Part shown: positions 1 to 9,831 of the stretch, in pieces
Numbering within the stretch: position 1 is the stretch's first letter
How the letters are laid out: every line of letters begins with the position of its first letter
Origin: Prasinococcaceae sp. CCMP 1430
Taxonomy: Eukaryota > Plantae > Prasinodermophyta
Assembly (NCBI GenBank): GCA_013416795.1
Contig: RQSC01000026.1
Location: 512,330 to 576,329 of the forward strand
Direction of reading: 5' to 3'
Length of the DNA: 64,000 nucleotides
Made by a program: the position numbers and the translations under genes
Notes under the pieces: generated by a model
The model's database searches: none
What the model was told of the DNA's origin: nothing
Seen by the model: the letters and a program-made list of their open reading frames with translations, nothing else

Positions 1-943
1 CGCCGGCACCGCCGCTGCCGCTGCTGCTGCTGCTGCGGCCGCGCTGCGCCCCGCGCGCCACAAAAAGATGCGCGCGCGCCCGCCACGTCAGCGCGGGCAG
101 ACCTCGCGCTCGCAGCGTCGGTCGGGGCTCTCCTTGCTGCTGCTGGCGAGCGCCCCCATCAAATCGCAAGGACGCGGTCCAACGGCCCCGGGCCTCGCCA
201 CGCTTTTTAACATGTCCATGCCGCACGCGCAGCAAAACGCACTGTTTTTTCCATGCGTCGTTCATGAATGGTTTTTGACGGTTTGAGGGAGAGAGGGTCC
301 GGCCGGATGCATGCCGCCGAAGAAGCGCCCGCGACGACAATCCCAGGCGTCGCAGCGGGGGCTTTATGATGGGTGGTTGGCCGGCCGAAGCACGTTGGTT
401 GTTGGTGTCGGTGTGGGTGTGGTGACGTGATCACACACACACACTTGACTGCTGCTGTGATGGCCGGCCGGCGGCCGGCGCGCCGGCGGCGCCCGCGGCG
501 CNNNNNNNNNNNNNNNNNNNNNNNNNNNNNNNNNNNNNNNNNNNNNNNNNNNNNNNNNNNNNNNNNNNNNNNNNNNNNNNNNNNNNNNNNNNNNNNNNNN
601 NNNNNNNNNNNNNNNNNNNNNNNNNNNNNNNNNNNGGGGCCGCGCGCAGGAGAGAGAGGGGACGGCGGAGGGGGCCCGGGAGGGGGGGCGTGCGCCGCCG
701 CGCGGCGCAGAGCTCCTTGTCGGGTGGGGCTTGGGGAGGGGGGGTGCGGTGGGCGCGGCCGCGGCGCGGCCGCGGCGCTCCCGGCCGGCCCTCCCAGCGG
801 CTCGGGGGGCAACTGGCTAGCGGGGGTCAGCTGGGGTCAGTGGGGGTGTCGCTCCCGCTCCCACCCACCCACGTACCAACCCACCCTGCGCGCGCCCTCT
901 TGTCGTTCTGCGCCGCAGCCGCCTGCGCCCCTGGGAAACGGCC

Positions 944-1956
944 ATGGGGATGATGGGAGCGACGTTGGCCGCGAGGCCGGCGCGCGCGGCGCATGGCATG
1001 CCCCTTGCGCCGCGTGCGCGGCGCGGGCGAGCGCGAGAGCGGCGCGTTGCGGCAAGAGCGGACGAGGGCGGGCGCGATAGGGCAGCTGGCGGCGACCGGG
1101 CCGCTACGGGCGATGATGAGGGCGCCGCACTTATTGAGTGCGCCGATGAGCTGGGAGCCGGTGCCAGCACCACCGGCAGTGGCGACGCAGCATCCGAATC
1201 GGCCAGCAGCAACGACGAGCCCGTAGCCCTGCCGGCTGCCGGACCGGCTGCAGCGAAGGGCGGTGCACTGCGCGCGGCGTTCGCTACGGTGGTCTTGCTT
1301 GTGTGCGCTGGCGCATCGGCCGCCTACGCGGGCGTCCTCCCGACGCTCGACCATCTGCCCGGCTGGCGCGAGCTAGTCCCATTCCTCGAGAGCCAGCTGC
1401 ACAAGGAGCTGCAACAGCTGTACATGCCCGCGCTGTCCGCTGCAGCGCGCCTCGGGGCGCTCGTCGTCGTGCGCCTGGCCGCTGAGCCTGTGGCGCGCTT
1501 CCTCTACACGACCATCTTCGGATCTGGGGCCGACTCGCAGTGGGAGAACAGCTTCGAGCGCCGCCTCGTCGTGGCCGCCAAGGGCCCTGCGGAAGTCGTG
1601 CTGCTGGTGAGCGCGGTCTGCGCGCTGCTGGAGCACGTGGTCGGTCCGCTCCTCGCGCTGCCGCCGTCGAGCGTGCGGCTGCTCACCAACCGCGTGACGT
1701 CGCTCGCGCTGGTGCTCGCGCTGGGGCGCGTGCTCTTCGCATGGAAGGATCAGCGCCGCACCGAGGCCGAATGGCAGGCGGAGATCTCGGGCGAGGCCGA
1801 CCCCGCCATCGGCTCCGTCGACAAGCTTCTCTCGGCCCTCATCGTGGCCATCACTGCAGTGGTCTCGCTGCAGTCGCTGGGCTTCGACGTGAACTCGCTG
1901 CTCGCACTAGGCGGCATCGGCGGTCTCGTGCTCGGTCTGGCCGGTAGGGACACGTC
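944..1956 (+). CDS. MscS-family mechanosensitive channel (organelle-type), truncated after TM3
   Basis: Arg/Ala-rich N-terminal targeting-like peptide and several hydrophobic segments ending VDKLLSALIVAITAVVSLQSLGFDVNSLLALGGIGGLVLGLAGRDT (MscS TM2-TM3 pattern). Similarity ends at ~1956 and the cytoplasmic beta-domain is absent. Confidence 0.7.
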
Positions 1957-2544
1957 GGCGCCGCCGCCGTGCGCCGGGCGCGCGAGGAGCGCGCCGCGGC
2001 CAGCCGCGACCTCGCCCGCACCCTCAACGAGTTCGCGCGCATCACGGAGCTGGCCGAGCACTCCCTGCTCGAGAGGGCCGCGAGCTGCGGCAAGGAGTGG
2101 GCGCTCAGGCACGCCCTCGCGAGGCCCGCAGACGTGCACGCGCACGGCTTCGGCGGCTTCACTGCGCTGATGCACGCGGCGCGACGCGGCCACGCCGCCT
2201 GCGTCCGGCTGCTGCTCGAGGCGGGCGCCGACACGGAGAGGGTCGCGCACTACGGCGGCGGCACGGCGCTGATGTACGCGGCCTTCGAGGGCCACGCCGC
2301 CTGCGTGCGGCTGCTGCTCGAGGCGGGCGCCGACACCGAGAGGGTCGAGCGCGAAGGGGGCGCCACCGCGCTGATGTGCGCGGCCAAGCAGGGCCACGAC
2401 GCATGCGTCCGGCTGCTGCTGGAGGCGGGCGCCGACGCGAGGAGGGCCGACAGCGCCGGGAGGGACGCGCTGGCGCTCGCGAGGTTGGGGGGGCACGACG
2501 GGTGCGTGAGAGAGTTGGTTTTTGGGCTGTTTCTTTTTGGGTAA
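1951..2544 (+). CDS. Ankyrin-repeat protein, 5'-truncated
   Basis: Repeats of TALMxAAxxGHxACVRLLLEAGAD. Three near-identical 102-nt units start at 2164, 2266 and 2368. No in-frame ATG; in-frame stop at 1945. Confidence 0.75.
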   Translation, partial: HVGAAAVRRAREERAAASRDLARTLNEFARITELAEHSLLERAASCGKEWALRHALARPADVHAHGFGGFTALMHAARRGHAACVRLLLEAGADTERVAHYGGGTALMYAAFEGHAACVRLLLEAGADTERVEREGGATALMCAAKQGHDACVRLLLEAGADARRADSAGRDALALARLGGHDGCVRELVFGLFLFG

Positions 2545-2633
2545 GGAAAGCGGCGTCACCACGCTACGACGCACGGGTCTCGAGCGAGCGAGAGACTCTC
2601 TAGAGTAGACGACGAGAGCGGGCTGGCTGGGGC

Positions 2634-2862
2634 GGGCGCGCGTGCTGCGAGCGAGGGTCGAGCCGGCCTGGCTGGGGCGCGTGGTCGTCGCGCCGCCGCA
2701 AAGGGGTCGAGAGTCTCGCGCGCCCACCAGCGGCCGCAGCAGCGGCAGGGCCAGGCTGTCGGGCGCGCGTGCTGCGAGCGAACGTCGAGCCGGCCTGGCT
2801 GGGGCGCGTGGTCGTCGCGCCGCCGCGAAGGGGTCGAGCCTCCCGCGCGCCCACCAGCGCCC
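2634..2862. repeat. Imperfect direct duplication, period 127 nt
   Basis: GGGCGCGCGTGCTGCGAGCGA...GTCGAGCCGGCCTGGCTGGGGCGCGTGGTCGTCGCGCCGCCGC...GGGGTCGAG occurs at 2634 and 2761. Confidence 0.85.
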
Positions 2863-2875
2863 ACCACGCTCGTCG

Positions 2876-4651
2876 CTACGCGGGCGGCAGCGCCCCAGCA
2901 GCGCCCACCACGCCCACCACGCTCGCCGTGCGGCAGCGCCTCCCCCACCCCCCTGCCGCGCCTGCCGCGCTCGTCACGCCGCGTGCCGCGCCGTCGAAGC
3001 CCGCGAGCAGCCGCGCGAGCTCGGCGGCGAGCCCGCGCGCGTCGCCGAAGTGCACGCCGCGCACGCCGGCGGGCACGAGCTCCTCCACGCACGGGTAGTG
3101 CAGCGCGGCCACCGGCGCGCCCGCGCCCAGCATGTCGACCGCCTTCATGGGCAGGTCGATGCCCGACGAGCTGGCGTGCATGCTCACGCCCAGGTCGGCG
3201 CAGCCGAGCAGCAGCGGGTAGTCCGAGGCCTCCAGCCAGGCGGTCGCCACGCGGACGCCGCGCCCGAGCTCGTTGGAGGCGACCAGCCGCTTGGCCTCCG
3301 CCTCGAAGGCGCCGCGCATGGGGCCCTCGCCCGTGACGACGAGGAGGAGTCTGGGCAGTGCGATGTTTTTTGTCGTTGGTGGTGGTGTTCTTGCTGCTGC
3401 TGCATCTGGTTTGTCCCCCCCCTTCTGATGATGACGAGCACTGTCCTGCTGCTGCCGCTCGTACAGCCGCTCGTACAGCCGCGCGGCCTCGAGCAGCATG
3501 CCGAGGTCCTCGTCGGGCGTCCACGACGTGCTGCTCACCACGAGCGCCGGCCGCGAGGCGCGCCAGCGAGTCTTGGCGTCGCTCTCGTCCTCCTCGGTGG
3601 TGGGCGAGAGAAAGTCCTCCTCCCCCCCCCCCTCCTCGACGACGCTTCCCCCCAGGAGCTGCGGCGCGAGGCGCGCGAAGAGGGCGCGCGCCTCGCGGGG
3701 CGTGCTGCGCCGGAAGGCGGCCGCCGGGCGGTCGTAGAGCACCGCGCAGCGGCCGCCCCCCCCGCCGTCGCGGACGACGCCCGCGCGGCGCAGGTGCGCG
3801 GCCATCTCGCGCGTCACGCAGAGGTGCGCGTCGGCGAGCGCGCCGGCGGCGTGCTCGTACAGGCGGTAGGCGCGCGTGGCGGGGTGGCCGGCGGAGAGCC
3901 GCAGCGCCAGCAGTGTGTGGCCGAGGTTGTGCCAGTCGACCACGAGGGCCGCGCCGCGCAGGCGCGCGGCCAGCCAGCACGCCGTCATCGCGGGCGGGGC
4001 CGGGGGGGTCTGGAGCAGGATGAGGCGCGTGTGGTTTGTTTTCTGGGCGTCGGTGAGGAGGAGGGCGTGGAGGAGGGCGAAGAAGGAGCGGACGACGCGC
4101 GAGGGGAGGCGGAGGAGGTAGAGGAGGGCGCTTTGTTGTTCCGTTTTTTGGGGGGGGGTGTTGGGGAGGGGGATGAGGCGGAGGCGGGGGGAGTCGGCGT
4201 TGGCGTCGGTTGCGTCGCTGTTCTTGTCGGGGCGAACGAACGAGAGGAGCGCGGGGGCGGGCGGCCGGCCGCCGGCGTGCGAGATGACGTCCACGTCGAA
4301 GCCGGCCTGGGTGAGGAGGGAGAGGGCGTGGTACTGCATGCGCGGCGAGCGCCCGAAGTCGCCCAGGACGACGACGGTGGCCTTCTTTCTTTGTTTTTTG
4401 TTGCTGTTGGTGGTGGTGTTGCGGCGAGGGGGGGAGAGCAGGTAGAGCGCCGCGGCGACGAGGGCGACGAAGGTCGCGAGGGCCGCCGCGAGGGCGTAGT
4501 AGTGCTGCTGCTGCGGGCGCGCACGTCGTCGTTGTTGGGTGTTGTCGTCGGCGGCGGCGACGATGGGGGGGAAAGAGAGGGAGGAGCACAGGGCGAAGAG
4601 GAGGAGAGCTTTGGGGAGGAGGAGGGGAGGGGGTGGAGATTGTGTGACCAT
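2876..4651 (-). CDS. ALG1: Chitobiosyldiphosphodolichol beta-1,4-mannosyltransferase
   Basis: Motifs VVVLGDFGRSPRMQYHALSL, VDWHNLG, VSSTSWTPDED, ADLGVSMHASSSGIDLPMKAVDM; N-terminal signal anchor. Intronless; ATG chosen at 4651. Confidence 0.9.
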   Translation of the reverse strand: MVTQSPPPPLLLPKALLLFALCSSLSFPPIVAAADDNTQQRRRARPQQQHYYALAAALATFVALVAAALYLLSPPRRNTTTNSNKKQRKKATVVVLGDFGRSPRMQYHALSLLTQAGFDVDVISHAGGRPPAPALLSFVRPDKNSDATDANADSPRLRLIPLPNTPPQKTEQQSALLYLLRLPSRVVRSFFALLHALLLTDAQKTNHTRLILLQTPPAPPAMTACWLAARLRGAALVVDWHNLGHTLLALRLSAGHPATRAYRLYEHAAGALADAHLCVTREMAAHLRRAGVVRDGGGGGRCAVLYDRPAAAFRRSTPREARALFARLAPQLLGGSVVEEGGGEEDFLSPTTEEDESDAKTRWRASRPALVVSSTSWTPDEDLGMLLEAARLYERLYERQQQDSARHHQKGGDKPDAAAARTPPPTTKNIALPRLLLVVTGEGPMRGAFEAEAKRLVASNELGRGVRVATAWLEASDYPLLLGCADLGVSMHASSSGIDLPMKAVDMLGAGAPVAALHYPCVEELVPAGVRGVHFGDARGLAAELARLLAGFDGAARGVTSAAGAAGGWGRRCRTASVVGVVGAAGALPPA

Positions 4652-4937
4652 GGGGGAGCCCGTTTTGCGGGGACGGTCTTCGTGGCGGCGGGGATGGCGG
4701 TGGTGCCGTTGGGGGGGCAGGAGCGGCAGGGTGCGAGAGAAAGGGGGGGGGCTCGAGGCAGCTGCTGCGTAGCGTGCGTGGGGTTGTGGTTGAAAGGGGG
4801 GGTGGAGGTGGGCGCTCGGGGGCGCGCGCGCGCGGTGCGCGCGCTCTGGCGGGTGCGCGGGGGCGGGGGCGTTCTGCTGCGACGCGATCGGATGATGATG
4901 AGTGAGTGTTGGTTCGCGCGGCGGGGGCGGGCGGGGC

Positions 4938-4944
4938 AAAAAAA
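4938..4944 (-). terminator. RNA polymerase III oligo(T) terminator of the tRNA-Pro gene
   Basis: Seven consecutive T on the minus strand, 4 nt after the discriminator base. Confidence 0.75.
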
Positions 4945-4948
4945 TACG

Positions 4949-5127
4949 GGGGAGTTGGGGGAATCGAACCCCCGGCCTCTTCCACTTCAAAGGGAATTCC
5001 CTACTCTTCAGCGATTGCACAGGGCAATAGCCGAGGAAGAATCAGTTTGGGTTTGGGGAAAACCCCAAACGTACCACTAGACATCGTCAAAATCAAAGTC
5101 ATTGTAAACCCTGATTCGCAAACTCCC
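4949..5127 (-). tRNA. tRNA-Pro(AGG) interrupted by four introns (exons 5127-5119, 5082-5072, 5044-5034, 5003-4999, 4984-4949)
   Basis: Spliced sequence GGGAGTTTGGTCTAGTGGTATGATTCTTCCTTAGGGTGGAAGAGGCCGGGGGTTCGATTCCCCCAACTCCCC (72 nt). Perfect 7-bp acceptor, 5-bp anticodon and 5-bp T stems; U8, A14, G15-C48, G18G19, U33, G37, TTCGA and C73 all in place, with the typical eukaryotic tRNA-Pro D-arm GTCTAGTGGTATGAT. A T7 tract follows 4 nt downstream. Confidence 0.88.
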
Positions 5128-5368
5128 AATGGCACTATCCACTCTTCGGCGGCAGCCCCGAATGGCCAGCGGCGAAAATGTTGAGAATATCTGTCGCGTC
5201 AGCGCGCGCCCCGCTGACGCGATAGCCGCGGCCCCGCAGGGCCGGTCCTACGTTTACTCTGTTCCGTAAAAAAAAAACTACATCAAAAAGCACGGGAAAA
5301 GTTGGCCGTTTTCGGTCGTAGACCCTTTTCAAAATTTCGTTCGATTTGATTAGGAGTCCTTCGGGTTT

Positions 5369-5850
5369 ATGCATTGCTGCGCGCCCGCGGATTCGAATCG
5401 CGGCCGCGGCGACCCCCTCAGCCGCTTCGCGCGGCTCAGGGTCGGCTCGGACACCCCTCATGAGTTGCATCACGTCTCGAGAGAGATCGGCTTCCACCAG
5501 GTCCTCTGGCGGTCCCAGTTCTTCCGGCGCGAGACTCAGAGCGACGGCTTCGCATACGTGCTCAAGGTCTGGAGGACGTATCGCAACTTCAAGCATGTGG
5601 ACGCCCTGAGGCACCGCACGAATGTGCCCGACGATGAGCTGTTGGCCGCGCTCAAGTTGGCGGAGGAGGCGTGCGAGCAAGCCACACCGGAGGAGGTGCT
5701 CGAGCTCGGCCTGTTCGACGATCTGATGTTCCAAGCTCCCCAGGCCCCGCCCGCGCGAGTGCCCGTACCGGCAAATTCTTTCGCACCCGCGCCGTGCACC
5801 GCGAGGAGCCTTGTTCAATCCACGGAGACCCGCAGACTAGCATCGTTTAA
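5369..5850 (+). CDS. Hypothetical protein (ends unresolved)
   Basis: Core HELHHVSREIGFHQVLWRSQFFRR...LFDDLMF has GC3-biased, normal-complexity codons; no family recognised. Confidence 0.3.
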
Positions 5851-6644
5851 TCATTATCATTATGCAACTACACGCGCATTTTCCATATTTGAAATCTCAG
5901 CTCTATCAACCCCTTTGAAATCCATCCTCTTCCTCTTCCAGCCCGACGGCGGCGCACGCCACACCGCGCGCCGCGGGGGCGCGCACGCACGCAGCCCCCC
6001 CCCCCTTCCCCGGGACCGCCCGATGGCCCTCCAGCAGCAGCGCCCTCCCCCCCGCCCCACTCTCCCCACCTCCTTCCTCGCCGCGCCCGCTCCGACGACA
6101 ACCACCACGACCACCCTCCAATAACAGCACCCCACAACAACGAGCGAGCGAGATGCCCCACCATCCCCCGACGACCACCGCCACCGCCATCGCGACAGCA
6201 ACAACCGCAACCCCCCCCCTCCCCTCCCCCCCCCTGTCACGCCTCCTTCTCTCCTCACTCCACCACCACTCCTCCTCCTCCCGCGACCCCTCCCCCCCCG
6301 CGCTCCGCGTCCTCTCGCACCAGCAAAAGCCGCGTCATCCTCCACCCCCGCCATCAACGGCGCGACGTCGAGATTCGGAAGAAGACACCCCGCCGCCCTC
6401 GCCCTCGCACCCCCCCCACACCGCCCGCAACGACGACGCACCCACCACACCAACGACGACGACCCACTGCACGTACGCGCAGCTCGCCGCGCGCTTCGTC
6501 CGAGTCGCTCGCGGCGTCGCGTGCGGTGCGAAGGACCCCCTGCACCTGGCCATGTGATTGCCTGCCCGCCCCGGACGCGCGCGCGCTGCGCGGGCCTGTC
6601 CGTCCGCTGGCCTCGCCCGCGCCCAGCAGGTTGCGCCGCACCTT

Positions 6645-7165
6645 TTGCGCGCGACGCCGTCGCCGCTGCTCCAGCGACGACGCGGGCGACGCGAGCGCGG
6701 CGAGCGCGTGGAGCTCATCCGCACCCGTGTCCTCGAGGTCGTAGCTGGGCAGCGAGTTGGGCAGGCGCAGGTCCGCAACGTCCATGTCCGAGGGCGCGCG
6801 CACGCAAAGCACCTCGGAGCCATCGGAAGCGCGCAGCACGACCACGCCGCCGTCGGGCACATCGCTCGCCGCGCACACCACGGCGCGGTACGCGCGTTCC
6901 GCCGCAGAGCGCTTCTCCTGCGCACGCGCCGCGTCTGTGGCGGCATCAGCGGCGGCGGCGACGACCCCATCGACACCGGCATCGGCATCGGCGTCGGCAT
7001 CGGCATCGTCGCAGCCATCGCCATCGCTGCTGCCTTCGCCTCCTCCCCGGCCGCTCACCTCGACCGCGGCGGCGCGCAGCGCTCCGCCGCCGCCGTCGCC
7101 ATGGCCTCCGACCAAGAAGGCTGCGATGGAGAAGACGCTCGATTTTGAGGATCCGCCTGCGATCG
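6645..7165 (-). CDS. Uncharacterised coding exon (gene fragment)
   Basis: GC3-rich frame (AAERAYRAVVCAASDVPDGGVVVLRASDGSEVLCVRAPSDMDVADLRLPNSLPSYDLED...RAQK) ending at a GTGCGG donor-like site; upstream end abuts the NRPS-like fragment. Confidence 0.35.
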
Positions 7166-7169
7166 ATCG

Positions 7170-8797
7170 TGGGCGCTCTCCCTGCCCGCGCCCCCCCGCC
7201 TCGCCCCGCCGCCCGCGCTGCGCGTCGTGGCGCTCGGGGGCGAGCCCATGCGCCGCGGCGTGGTGGAGGCGTGGGCGCGCGCCGTCGAGCTGCGCAACGT
7301 GTACGGCGTCACGGAGGCGTGCGCGTACCAGACGTTTCACAGGATGCGCCCGGGCGAGGACCCCATGTGCATCGGCGCGCCGCTGCCGTGCTGCGCGGTC
7401 GACCTCGTGCCTGACGACAGCGGGGAGGAGGAGGGCGACGATCACCACGCGGCAGCGTCGATCGGCGTGCTGCGCGTGCGCGGCCCCACGGTCGCCTCCG
7501 GCTACCTGGGCGGCGAAAGAGGCGCCCTCACGGAAGCGTTCGCCACGGACGAGCGGAACGTCCGCAGCTTCCTGACCAACGACCTCGCCTACGAGCGCGC
7601 GCCCGACGAGCTGGTGTTCGTGGGCAGGCGCGACGGCCAGGTGAAGATCGCGGGCGCCCGGGTGGAGCTCGGGGAGGTCGAGGCGGCGCTGGGCACGTGC
7701 CCGCTCGTCGCGGGCGAGCGAGGCGTCGCGGCCGTCACGGTCCTCGCGCCCACGACGCACGGCTCTCCCGCCGCCGCCGACGACGACGCACAGCGAGCCC
7801 CCTCCAACCCAACCCAGCTCCTCGTCGGCCTGGTCGTCCCCCACCCCTCCGAAGAAATCCAGGCCCTGCCGTGGGACGCCGCGTGCGAGCGCGCCGCCAT
7901 CGGGGCCTGCGCCGTGCTGCTGCCCCAGCACGCCGTCCCCTCGCGCGTGCTCCCGATCGGCGACATCCCGCTCACCGCGTCGGGCAAGGTCGACAGGCGC
8001 GCGCTGGCGCGCTTCGCGCGCGCCGCGCTGGGGGCCGAGGCGGAGGCGCGGCGCGCGCGCGCCCTCGTCGTCGAGCAGGAGCAGGAGCCCCCACTCTCGC
8101 GCCTCGAGCGCGCGGTGGCGGGCGTGTGGGCGGCGGTGCTGGGCGCCGAGGTCGCCGACGTGCTCGCCGACTCGTCGTTCCTGGCGCTCGGCGGGAACAG
8201 CCTGGCGGCGCTGCGCGCCTCGCGGATGCTGCAGCGCGTCGTCGTCGCCCCGCGGTCCTCCGAGGCGGCAACCGTGGCCCTCGCCGCCGTCGAGCGCGGC
8301 ATCGACGCCGGCGAGGCGGCGGTGCTCGCCGCCGGCGCGAGGAGGGCGGCGAAAGAAAAGGCCGCGGCCTGGTCGTCCGAGGAGGAGGACGCCGCGTGCC
8401 TGTTCGGCCTGGACATGGGGGCGCTCGCGCCGTGCGAGCTCGTGCTCCGGCCCGTGCTCCGCGAGTACGCCGCCTTCCTCTCGGGCCGCGGCGTGACCGT
8501 CAGCGGCGACGCGGGCGCCCAGCAGCCCCACCGGCAGCACCCCCCCCTCGGGAACGCAACCGCCCCCGCCGACCAGACGACCCACTGCCCACAGACACCA
8601 CCACCACCACCACCACCACCACCAACACCAACGCTCGCCGACCGCCTCCTCATCCAGACCTGCGGCGAGGGCCGCGGCGCGGTGGCGCGCGCGCTCCTCG
8701 CGACCGGGGCCTCCTCCCCCGACGCGGCCCTTCCCGACGGCTTCGGCGCGCTGCACGCCGCCGCGGCGGCGGGCGCCACCGAGTGCGTGGGCGCGCT
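7170..8797 (+). CDS. NRPS-like protein fragment: C-terminal half of adenylation domain + carrier (PCP/T) domain + start of ankyrin repeats
   Basis: LRVVALGGE, NVYGVTE, GRRDGQVKIAGARVELGEVE and PLTASGKVDRRAL (A-domain motifs); FLALGGNSLAA (phosphopantetheine Ser motif); GFGALHAAAAAGATECV (ankyrin). Truncated at both ends. Confidence 0.8.
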
Positions 8798-9670
8798 TGC
8801 AGCGGCACAAACGCCCGTTCGCCATCGTCCTCAGTCTCCGTCTCCATGGCGAAGTCCGAAAAGTAGTCGCGAGAGCCGAAGAAGCGCGAGTCCACGAGCG
8901 AGCGAAGCAGGCCGCCTGGCAGAGCTGCGACCGTATGGCGGCGTTCCGCGCACATGGCCAGCAGTGCCACATCTGCGACGCTCGCACGTCGGCCGACGAC
9001 GCGCACGGCGGCGACGGCACAGCGTGCGGCCCGCACGAATCGTGCACGAGGTCGCAGGTCCTCCCTGCCCGCGGACGATGGAACCACGGTGGTGTCCATG
9101 CCCGAGAACGCGCTTGCGCTGCCAACCCTGCGGCTGCTGTGCCGCGCGGCGTTGAAACGTCCGAAGTTCTCACGCGCGACGGCCGGGAAGCTGTCCTTCG
9201 AAGGCACCGATCGCACTGCTATCCACGGGTGGCGCAGGCACTCGGCCGCCGTAGGGCGGCTCGCGTAGTCAACAGTGAGCATCGCCCTCACCAGCTGGCG
9301 CGCGGGCGCGCCCACGTGCGCCCACTCGCTCTCGACCCACTCGATCCTGCCGTGCACAATCTTGCGATAGACGGACATGTGCGCATCCGCCAAGCCTTGC
9401 GGATGGGTGCCGGCCGGGGGTGGATCGGGGGAGAATGGGAAGCTGCCGCAGAGCATGATAAAGAGCATCACCCCGAGGCTCCAGACGTCGCACCGCTCAT
9501 CGTACGGCTGCCCGAGCAGAATCTCAGGCGCGACATAGTTGGGCGAGCCGAGGCGCGTTGCGAAGCGCGCATCCATCCCGTTCTGCACGTCTCGCTTCTG
9601 CGCAAAGCCAAAGTCGATGAGCTTAACTTCGGCATCCTTGGCGCCGGTGGCGAATACGACGTTCTCGGGC
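8791..9670 (-). CDS. Ser/Thr protein kinase, CAMK/CDPK-like, C-terminal lobe exon (partial)
   Basis: PENVVF...VKLIDFGFA, GSPNYVAPEIL, DVWSLGVMLFIMLCGSFPF, RPTAAECLRHPW. Exon starts after a CAG acceptor; 3' end runs into the NRPS-like fragment without a stop. Confidence 0.85.
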
Positions 9671-9831
9671 TGGCGAGCGCACCGGACAGGGTCGTGGACG
9701 ATTTCGGCGCACGCAGGCCGCGCATGCGCTCGTTAGCGCTGCGAACAGAGAGCAAGTCGAGGCGTGCGGATAGGCGATGCGACCTGACCGTGCCGTCGCG
9801 CGCGCCCGTGCGCGCCCGCAAGCGCAATCNG

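Noticed and set aside
1-501. Possible gene end before the first gap
   Set aside because: No recognisable motif or reliable exon structure.
944-2544. MscS-ankyrin fusion protein
   Set aside because: The two parts are in different frames with no convincing intron, and both are truncated.
5030-5040. Reading the tRNA as Pro(CGG), because intron 3 begins with CGG right after the anticodon stem
   Set aside because: Only one U precedes CGG, which gives a 6-nt loop lacking U33. The AGG reading gives a canonical 7-nt loop plus a strict BHB.
6645-7100. Rieske-like N-terminal pattern (VCAASDVPDGG..V...DG.EVLCVR)
   Set aside because: No CxH/CxxH ligand motifs follow.
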